Assembly: GCA_045401155.1 (NCBI GenBank)
Contig: CP174360.1
Span: 310,769 to 374,768, forward strand
DNA from: Candidatus Minusculum obligatum
GTDB lineage: Bacteria; Patescibacteriota; Minisyncoccia; Phycocordibacterales; Phycocordibacteraceae
DNA length: 64,000 nt
Reading direction: 5' to 3'
The notes beneath the pieces were generated by a model. That model had not been told where the DNA came from and did not search any database. It worked only from the letters and a program-made list of their open reading frames with translations. Position numbers and translations under genes: made by a program. Of the stretch, positions 56,844 through 64,000 are shown one piece after another; positions within the stretch are counted from its first letter, which is position 1; the number at the start of each line of letters is the position of its first letter.

Positions 56844-57311
56844 ATGTCAGGAGAAGACACAGTACTAACACGAGAAAAGTTTGATGAGCTAGTTAAAGAG
56901 CTTGATCATCTTAAAACAACACGTCGCACAGAGATTGCGGAGTCTTTAGAGTATGCACGTTCTCTAGGAGATCTTTCAGAGAATGCTGAGTACCAGGAAG
57001 CACGAGAACTACAAGCTGCAACAGAAGAGCGAATTCGAAAGCTAGAAGACATCATCAAGCGCGCAAAGATTGTCTCACACAAGAAGGGAGACGAGATTGA
57101 TTTCGGGTCAGTGGTGACTATCAAGAAGGTAGATGATGATCAAAAGCATGAGTATACGATCGTAGGTAGTGAAGAGGCAGATATGCGAGAGCGTAAGATC
57201 TCACATGTATCTCCGCTAGGATCAGCAATGATGGGGAAGAAGAAGGGAGATGAGTTTACATTCGAAACTCCAAACGGAAAACAACAGTATAAAATTGTTT
57301 CAGTAAAATAA
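56844..57311 (+). CDS. greA: Transcription elongation factor GreA
   Basis: GDLSENAEY, ISHVSPLG. Confidence 0.96.
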   Translation: MSGEDTVLTREKFDELVKELDHLKTTRRTEIAESLEYARSLGDLSENAEYQEARELQAATEERIRKLEDIIKRAKIVSHKKGDEIDFGSVVTIKKVDDDQKHEYTIVGSEEADMRERKISHVSPLGSAMMGKKKGDEFTFETPNGKQQYKIVSVK

Positions 57312-57369
57312 GCCCAATAGAGGGCTTTTTTACTTGTTAAATTCACAAAGCCGTCGTAGGATGGCTTAT

Positions 57370-58935
57370 ATGTTTTGGGCAGATAAAATTGCAGAAGAAA
57401 TAAAGAAAGAACGTAGGAACGGTCCACTGATCGTTCGAGATGAGAAGACGTTAAGTGGTCGTGTGCATATTGGATCTATGCGTGGTGTTGCAATTCATGG
57501 AGCGGTAGCTGAAGCGCTCACTGAGCATGGAGTTGAAAATGAGTACCACTATGAACTCAATGACTTTGACCCCATGGATGGACTTCCATCGTATCTAGAC
57601 GAGGAAGAATACAAAGAGCATATGGGGAAGCCGCTTAAGGATGTTCCTGCTCCAGATGGAAAAGCAAAAAACTTTGCAGAGTATTTTGGAAATGAATTTC
57701 AAGAAGTAATTAAAAAGTCCGGGTATACACCAAAGTTTTATCGAGCTTCGGAGCTGTATAAGTCTGGAAAAATGGATCCATACATCAAGCTTGCGCTTGA
57801 GAATCCGGAAAAGATTCGAGAAATCTATAAAAAGGTTTCAGGATCAGAAAAGTCAGATGACTGGCTGCCTTTAAATGTAGTGTGTGAGAAGTGTGGGAAG
57901 ATCGGAACCACAAAAGTTTCTCATTTTGATGGAGAGCAAGTTACCTACACGTGCCAAGAAAACGGAGTTGAGTGGGCGAAGGGTTGTGGGCACGAGGGAA
58001 AGGTTTCTCCATTTGGAGGAAACGCAAAGCTGCCATGGAAGCCTGAATGGGCAGCTAAGTGGGGTGCAATGAATGTCTCTGTTGAGGGGGCTGGAAAAGA
58101 TCACTCTACTCGTGGAGGGTCTCGAGATGTAGCAAATCACATTGCTCGTGAAGTGTTTGATATTACACCGCCATTTGATGTGCCGTATGAGTTTTTCTTG
58201 GTTGGAGGAAAGAAAATGAGCTCTTCTAAAGGTGCCGGATCTTCATCTAAAGATATTGCAGATTTATTTCCGCAAGAGGTATTTCGTCTAGCGCTTATTG
58301 GAAAAGATATTAATAAGCAGATTAACTTTGATCCTGAAGGGGAGACCGTACCAGTTTTGTACGATCAGTATGATTCTATTGCTACGTCATACTTTGCAAA
58401 AGAAGATACAGATTATGTACGCCTTTTTGAGATGTGTCAGCTTCCAGAGAATCGAAAAGATATTAAGGAGCGATATTATCCACGCTTCTCTCAGGTTGCA
58501 TTTATGTCTCAGATGCCGCATGTGGATCTTGAGGTTGAGGTAAAAGAAATGAAAGAATCAGATCTTACAGACCTTGATAAAGAAGTTTTGGAGGAACGAC
58601 TCTCATACGTAAGACATTGGCTAGATACATATGCACCAGAGCGGTATAAGTTTGAGATTCAAGAAGAGATGCCAAAGGTTGAACTATCTGATCTTCAGAA
58701 GACTGCACTGTCTAAACTAAAAGAGTTTATTGCTTCTCATGATGAGATTGATGGACAGATGATGCATACGAATCTTCACGATATTAAGGAAAATGTAGGA
58801 ATAGAGCCAAAAGAATTCTTTAGTGCTATTTACAGTATTATTTTAGGGAAAGAGAGTGGACCAAAGGCTGGTTGGTTCTTATCTGTGCTTGATCGAGAGT
58901 TTCTTCTTAGAAGACTGGAAGAGGCAGTTAAATAA
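57370..58935 (+). CDS. lysS: Lysine--tRNA ligase, class I
   Basis: MFWAD, SGRVHIG, CEKCG, KLPWKPEW, GKDH, KMSSSKG. Confidence 0.94.
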   Translation: MFWADKIAEEIKKERRNGPLIVRDEKTLSGRVHIGSMRGVAIHGAVAEALTEHGVENEYHYELNDFDPMDGLPSYLDEEEYKEHMGKPLKDVPAPDGKAKNFAEYFGNEFQEVIKKSGYTPKFYRASELYKSGKMDPYIKLALENPEKIREIYKKVSGSEKSDDWLPLNVVCEKCGKIGTTKVSHFDGEQVTYTCQENGVEWAKGCGHEGKVSPFGGNAKLPWKPEWAAKWGAMNVSVEGAGKDHSTRGGSRDVANHIAREVFDITPPFDVPYEFFLVGGKKMSSSKGAGSSSKDIADLFPQEVFRLALIGKDINKQINFDPEGETVPVLYDQYDSIATSYFAKEDTDYVRLFEMCQLPENRKDIKERYYPRFSQVAFMSQMPHVDLEVEVKEMKESDLTDLDKEVLEERLSYVRHWLDTYAPERYKFEIQEEMPKVELSDLQKTALSKLKEFIASHDEIDGQMMHTNLHDIKENVGIEPKEFFSAIYSIILGKESGPKAGWFLSVLDREFLLRRLEEAVK

Positions 58936-58951
58936 AAGAAGGCCCGCACGC

Positions 58952-59559
58952 TTAAAGCATTTTGGGCCTCCTGTAGGTGATTGGTCTAGCATGAGCTTTC
59001 CCAACGATTCCGTGAATTGTAAAGTCATCGTTTACTCGGATCCACGTTGCTCGTGGATTTTCCGTATAAAGATATTCCATAAGCCAGTATTTGTCTGAGG
59101 GCAAGATGGTTGCGGTTACCTCGTTGCCTTCAAACTCTGTCTTGGTGATCATGTGTCTTCCATCAGCGCGGTACCAGTCAAATCGGTCATGTTCTCCGCG
59201 AGGATGGATGATCGGGAACGAACCCAATCTCTTATAAAGCTTCCATCGAAAGACGTGGAGCTTCACGTCTTCTTTTTTTGGTTGCTTATAATCACATAGC
59301 CGCAGTAGAAGAGCCGACTTTTTGCCGGAAGTTTTCCGCACTCTTCTTTGCATTCGCGTTGTGCCGCTGCAGTGATTTTCTCTTTGTGTTCGATTTTTCC
59401 ACCCAGACCATTAAGAAAAGGTCCATCAAGGTCTTCAAAAGGTCCTTTGAGATTGGTGGTAAGACCAAGTGCAACAAAGAGATGTGAGGTTGATCCATTC
59501 ATCCCATTGCTGGGATATATCTCCCTACATACAGGGAGAATAACTACCATATGTCGCAT
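58952..59559 (-). pseudogene. Nudix hydrolase (MutT/MTH1-like) split by a -1 frameshift at ~59272-59279
   Basis: Frame 1 has the Nudix box GGKIEHKEKITAAAQRECKEECG and stops at 59263; the -1 frame continues ...LHVF...ILPSDKYWL. Confidence 0.7.
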
Positions 59560-59641
59560 GGCTTCCTCCCGTGTTTCTGTTAAGAATGTACCTTATTTTT
59601 TAAAACAAGGCTAATTTTCCATATCCACATGCCAAAAATAC

Positions 59642-59690
59642 AAAGTGGGGGAAAGTGTCATATAATTACATGTATGTGGGGGAATGTGGT
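59642..59690 (+). promoter_or_regulatory. mraZ promoter with MraZ-type binding repeats
   Basis: AAAGTGG/AAAGTGT and ATGTGGG/ATGTGGT pairs at 10-nt spacing around TATAAT (59661-59666). Confidence 0.75.
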
Positions 59691-59695
59691 GAATT

Positions 59696-60130
59696 ATGTT
59701 AATCGGAGAGTACACACACGCAGTTGATGCAAAAAATCGCTTTGCTTTGCCGGCAAAATTTCGTAAAGAATTTGGATCAAAGGTAATCGTGACTCGTGGA
59801 CTCGACCGTTGTCTGTTCATCTATTCTCCCAAGGCTTGGGAAAAGATTGTTGCTCGTATGAGTGATCTCTCAATCGGCCAAGCAAGCACACGAGGGTTTA
59901 ATCGTTTTTTGCTCTCAGGTGCAGTTGAAGTAGATCTAGATTCACAAGGCCGTATCTTGATCCCGGATTTCTTGAAGGGCTTTGCAAATCTAGATAACAA
60001 GGTGGTATTGGCAGGAGTGCATGATCGAGTGGAGGTGTGGAATGAGAGTGAATGGGAAACCTATAAAGCAGGAATTGAACAACATGCAGACGAACTCGCA
60101 GAGAAACTCGGAGAGATTGGCATCCTCTAA
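59696..60130 (+). CDS. mraZ: Transcriptional regulator MraZ
   Basis: GEYTHAVDAKNRFALPAKFR, DSQGRILIP. Confidence 0.96.
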   Translation: MLIGEYTHAVDAKNRFALPAKFRKEFGSKVIVTRGLDRCLFIYSPKAWEKIVARMSDLSIGQASTRGFNRFLLSGAVEVDLDSQGRILIPDFLKGFANLDNKVVLAGVHDRVEVWNESEWETYKAGIEQHADELAEKLGEIGIL

Positions 60131-61016
60131 TCACCACACATCTGTTCTTTTACAGGAGGTTCTTGAAGCTTTAAATGTTTCTCCAGACTCCATTGTTGTA
60201 GATGGGACCGTTGGTGGAGCAGGGCACCTAAAGGAAATTGCTCAAAAGCTATCAAAGGAAGGAACGTTGATTGGTATTGATGCTGATCCTGCAGCGCTCA
60301 TTCGCGCAAAAGAAAAGCTTTCCAATGTTGATGCAAACGTGTTGCTTATTGAAGGAAATTTCAGAGATCTTAGAGATCATCTGGAGAGTAAAGATATCAA
60401 TGAGGTGACGCATGTGTTGCTTGATCTTGGATGGAGTGGGTTTCAACTCACTGCAGGGCGAGGTTTTTCATTCCTTACAGATGAGCCGCTTCTGATGACA
60501 TATGGCATTCCAACAGAAGAGACGCTTACTGCAAAAGATCTTGTAAATGATCTTGGTGAAGAGCAGTTAGCGGACATTATTTTTGCCTATGGAGAGGAGC
60601 GATTCGCTCGGCGTATTGCAAGGGGAATTGTTGCGTCTCGATCTGAAAAGGAAATTGAGACCACAAAGCAGCTTGCAGATATTGTGAAAAGCTCTGTGCC
60701 TATATGGTACAAGCACCGCAAGGCGCATCCTGCAACAAAAACATTTCAGGCACTACGTATTGCGGTAAATGATGAATTGGATGCACTACGTGATGCGATG
60801 AAGGGTGCGATGAAGCTTTTAAAGAAGGATGGAAGAATCGCAATAATCACATTTCACAGTATCGAGGACCGAATTGTAAAAAGATTCTTTGAGGGGCTTC
60901 AAAGAGATGGTGAGGGAACATTGCTTAGCAAAAAGCCAATTGCGCCATCTGAAAAAGAGATTAAAGAAAACCCACGGGCACGAAGTGCAAAATTACGAGT
61001 ATTTATAAAATCATGA
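60117..61016 (+). CDS. rsmH: 16S rRNA m4C1402 methyltransferase (start uncertain: TTG 60117 or ATG 60084)
   Basis: HTSVLLQE, DGTVGGAGH, DLGWS, TFQALRIAVNDEL, NPRARSAKLR. Confidence 0.95.
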   Translation: MASSNHHTSVLLQEVLEALNVSPDSIVVDGTVGGAGHLKEIAQKLSKEGTLIGIDADPAALIRAKEKLSNVDANVLLIEGNFRDLRDHLESKDINEVTHVLLDLGWSGFQLTAGRGFSFLTDEPLLMTYGIPTEETLTAKDLVNDLGEEQLADIIFAYGEERFARRIARGIVASRSEKEIETTKQLADIVKSSVPIWYKHRKAHPATKTFQALRIAVNDELDALRDAMKGAMKLLKKDGRIAIITFHSIEDRIVKRFFEGLQRDGEGTLLSKKPIAPSEKEIKENPRARSAKLRVFIKS

Positions 61017-61330
61017 AAAAAGTACTAGCCATTACACATCCAGTTGAGAAAAAGGTAGTCACCTCACTACTCGTGGCATTTTTGGTACTTGTACTTGCGT
61101 ACACATACTTAATTGCGGCAACCGTATTTCATGTTACTGCACGAAAAAATATCGAATATCAAAGCCAGGTTCTTGCGGCACACGTTGCAGATCTTGAAGC
61201 AGAGTTTCTAAAAGAGAGCAGTAAAATTGCAAAGGAAGCGCAGCACAGCTTTGCGCTTTCACCTGTAAAGGAAAAACGTTTTGTACGAATCGCTCCAGGG
61301 CGTACACTAACGTTATATGACGAGAGCTAA
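61013..61330 (+). CDS. FtsL-like cell division protein
   Basis: TM helix plus coiled coil between rsmH and ftsI. Confidence 0.6.
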   Translation: MKKVLAITHPVEKKVVTSLLVAFLVLVLAYTYLIAATVFHVTARKNIEYQSQVLAAHVADLEAEFLKESSKIAKEAQHSFALSPVKEKRFVRIAPGRTLTLYDES

Positions 61331-63044
61331 ACTCCGCGGAAGACTCCGGATTATAAGCGGCCTCATATTTCTCATTGTGGCTGTTTTTTTAGTGCGACTG
61401 TATGTAGTGCAGATCGTGTATGGGGAAGAGTTTCGTATTCGCGCTGAGCGTCAGTATGTAAGTGCGCTTGTGGCGCCATTTGATAGAGGAAGTATTTTCT
61501 ATACACGAAAGGATGGGGGGCAAATTTCAGCTGCAACACTCGCAAGCGGATTTACACTTGCGATAAATCCTCGTGATATTGGAGATCCTGACATTGCGTA
61601 CGCAAGGCTTTCAGAATTTGTAGAGATTACAGAAGACGCATTCTTGCATAGGGCAAATAAGATTGATGATCCATATGAAGAAATTTTGCACGAAGTTCCA
61701 CAAGAGATTGGGCAGCAGATAGCAGAAGCAGATATTCCAGGAGTTATTCTTGTCCGTGATAGATGGCGCTATTATCCAGGAGACAATCGAGCAGCACATA
61801 CTATTGGGTTTGTTGCGTACGATGAAGATAAGCTTGAGGGACGCTATGGACTTGAGCGTTACTACGAAGAGGTTTTAAGTAGAGAGAGTAAGAGTTTATA
61901 TGTGAATTTTTTTGCAGAGGTATTCGCGAATCTCGGAAGCATTATTTTTGATAGGGAAAGCGCAAGCGAAGGGCACTTAGTGACAACGCTTGAGCCGACT
62001 GTGCAGGGGCAGCTTGAGAATGTCTTGCTTGGTATTCAAGAAGAGTGGGGAAGTAATGAATCTGCAGGGATCATTATTAATCCTAAGACAGGTGCTATTT
62101 ACGCAATGGCATCTGTTCCGTCTTTTGATCTAAACCGTTTTGAAGAAGCATCTTCTGCTCGGTATCGAAATCCTCTAGTTGAGAACGTGTACGAGTTCGG
62201 GTCAATTTTTAAACCAATTACTGTTACAGCAGGAATTGATAGTGGAGCAATTACAGAAAACACAACCTATTTTGATAGAGGAAAAATCATAATTGATGGC
62301 GCAACGGTTTCAAACTTTGATGGAAAAGGTCGTGGAGAGGTGTTGGTGCAAGAGATACTTAGTCAGTCTCTAAATACCGGAGTTGCCTTTGTGGTGCAGG
62401 AGATGGGTATTCCTTCATTTAAAAAATATCTAAAGAATCTTCGTGTTGGAGAGGAGGTCGGCATCGATCTTCCAAATGAAGTTAAGGGACTCACAAGCAA
62501 CCTTGAGTCGCCTCGAGAGCTTGAGTATGTAACCGCGTCATTTGGGCAGGGAATTGCGCTTACGCCGATTGGAATGGTCCGTGCGCTTTCTGCAGTTGCA
62601 AATGGCGGCGTGTTAGTGCAGCCGCATATTGGGAAGGAGATACGCCATCCCTCAGGGCTTATTACAAAACTTGGGTGGGGGCTTGATGAGAGGGTCTTTA
62701 AAGAGTCTTCATCTCAAACGGTTTCTCGTATGCTTACAAAGGTAGTAGACGAAGCATTGCTTGGTGGTACGGTGAAAATTGACTCAATGAGTGTTGCTGC
62801 CAAGACTGGAACTGCGCAGATCGCATCACCTGATGGTGGGTATTACGATGACCGATACCTTCATTCTTTCTTTGGGTACTTCCCATCATATGACCCAGAG
62901 TTTTTGATCTTTTTATACACTGTAGAGCCAAAGGAAGTGCGCTATGCATCTCAAACACTCACTAATCCTTTTATTGACCTTGTCAGTTTCCTTACAAATT
63001 ATTACGATGTAGAGCCAGACCGTTTGTATGAAAACATTCCTTAA
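61317..63044 (+). CDS. ftsI: Penicillin-binding protein (FtsI/PBP3-like)
   Basis: GSIFK, SLN, KTGTAQ; dcw cluster position. Confidence 0.9.
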   Translation: MTRAKLRGRLRIISGLIFLIVAVFLVRLYVVQIVYGEEFRIRAERQYVSALVAPFDRGSIFYTRKDGGQISAATLASGFTLAINPRDIGDPDIAYARLSEFVEITEDAFLHRANKIDDPYEEILHEVPQEIGQQIAEADIPGVILVRDRWRYYPGDNRAAHTIGFVAYDEDKLEGRYGLERYYEEVLSRESKSLYVNFFAEVFANLGSIIFDRESASEGHLVTTLEPTVQGQLENVLLGIQEEWGSNESAGIIINPKTGAIYAMASVPSFDLNRFEEASSARYRNPLVENVYEFGSIFKPITVTAGIDSGAITENTTYFDRGKIIIDGATVSNFDGKGRGEVLVQEILSQSLNTGVAFVVQEMGIPSFKKYLKNLRVGEEVGIDLPNEVKGLTSNLESPRELEYVTASFGQGIALTPIGMVRALSAVANGGVLVQPHIGKEIRHPSGLITKLGWGLDERVFKESSSQTVSRMLTKVVDEALLGGTVKIDSMSVAAKTGTAQIASPDGGYYDDRYLHSFFGYFPSYDPEFLIFLYTVEPKEVRYASQTLTNPFIDLVSFLTNYYDVEPDRLYENIP

Positions 63045-64000
63045 ATCCCTGATTGTTCCCGTTATTACGCTGCAAGCGAAGATGGTTTTGAAAAAGTACA
63101 AACCTACTATTGTGGTTGTTACTGGGAGCGTAGGAAAAACATCAATGAAGGATGCTGTCGCAGAGGTTCTCTCGCGACAGTTTTTTGTTCGTAAGAGTCA
63201 AAAGAGTTTTAATTCAGAGACAGGGGTGCCTCTTACTATTTTGGGATGTGAGAATCCTTGGAATAATCATTTTCTTTGGCTCAAAGTAATGTTTGAAGGA
63301 CTGCTTCTTATTTTTACAAAAAACCACTATCCAAAAATGCTTGTGCTCGAGGTTGGTGCGGACAAGCCGGGAGATGTAAGTGGCATGATGGAGTGGATCA
63401 CACCTTCTGTGGTGGTAGTTACAAAGCTCCCAAGTATTCCAGTGCATGTAGAGGCCTACGCATCTCCAGATCAGACGCGAGAGGAGGAATTCTCTCCAGC
63501 ACATGCACTTGGAAGTGAGGGAACACTAATTTATAGCAAGGATGATGAGTTTGCAGATGAACTTGCTAGGGGAGTGAACGCAAATATCATGACGTACGGC
63601 TTCTCAGACAAATCTGATGTTCGGGGAGAATATCAAGGTCTTGTGTATGAAGGAAATACTCCAAAGGGGCTTACAGCAGATATTTTAAGAGATGATAAAA
63701 AAGAGTGCGTGGTTGTAAATGGCGCAGCAGGGAAGCACCAGCTGTATCCAGCGCTTGGAGCATTTGCAGTAGGACTGACGTTTGATATGACGCCTTCTGA
63801 GATTTGCGCAGGTCTTGCCTCATATGTGCCTCCACAAGGTCGTATGCGTATCCATGAGGGTATTAAGAACACGCTTTTGATAGATGACTCATATAATGCG
63901 TCTCCTGTTGCCATGATCGCTGCTCTTGAGACATTTGCAGATATTGATGTGTCAGGAGATAAAATCGTTGTGTTAGGAGATATGCTTGAGCTTGGAACAT
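63028..64000 (+). CDS. murF: UDP-MurNAc-tripeptide--D-Ala-D-Ala ligase (runs off the window)
   Basis: Manual translation: VTGSVGKTSMK, SFNSETGVPLT, LEVGADKPGD, IDDSYNASP, VLGDMLELG. Confidence 0.92.
   Translation, partial: MKTFLKSLIVPVITLQAKMVLKKYKPTIVVVTGSVGKTSMKDAVAEVLSRQFFVRKSQKSFNSETGVPLTILGCENPWNNHFLWLKVMFEGLLLIFTKNHYPKMLVLEVGADKPGDVSGMMEWITPSVVVVTKLPSIPVHVEAYASPDQTREEEFSPAHALGSEGTLIYSKDDEFADELARGVNANIMTYGFSDKSDVRGEYQGLVYEGNTPKGLTADILRDDKKECVVVNGAAGKHQLYPALGAFAVGLTFDMTPSEICAGLASYVPPQGRMRIHEGIKNTLLIDDSYNASPVAMIAALETFADIDVSGDKIVVLGDMLELGT

Noticed and set aside
47667-58935. Two mreB paralogues and class I LysRS as novelties
   Set aside because: Both are known in various bacteria; recorded as features only.

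Overview
Chromosomal window of a small-genome bacterium. The gene content and style (class I LysRS, two MreB, truncated HolB, short ProRS, DUF5667, -10 boxes directly ahead of start codons) suggest Patescibacteria/CPR; this is an inference. About 1-25 kb and 43.5-64 kb are mostly housekeeping genes (dnaG-rpoD, UvrD-like helicase-nuclease, uppP, hisS, prmC, dsbA/ccdA, PIF1-like helicase, fmt/def, murA, mreB/mreC/pbp2, frr, rseP, proS, greA, lysS, mraZ-rsmH-ftsL-ftsI-murF), interrupted by a few GC-richer orphan genes. The main interest is ~25.16-43.5 kb. A minus-strand tRNA-Asn(GTT) gene is split inside its anticodon by a 546-nt group I intron carrying an HNH endonuclease. Its 3' end is overlapped by the C-terminus of a large serine recombinase. 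Downstream of the tRNA lie six more copies of the same att-like core (GGCTCCG), which divide the island into tightly packed, integrase-free gene cassettes. Some junctions are ~88-bp imperfect palindromes. Four sites carry a ~260-nt highly structured repeat. Inverted copies bracket both an 11-kb metal/redox cargo block and the recombinase gene itself. I propose this as a candidate serine-recombinase, tRNA-anchored, integron/shufflon-like cassette system. All calls are from reading the sequence; no searches or folding programs were run.
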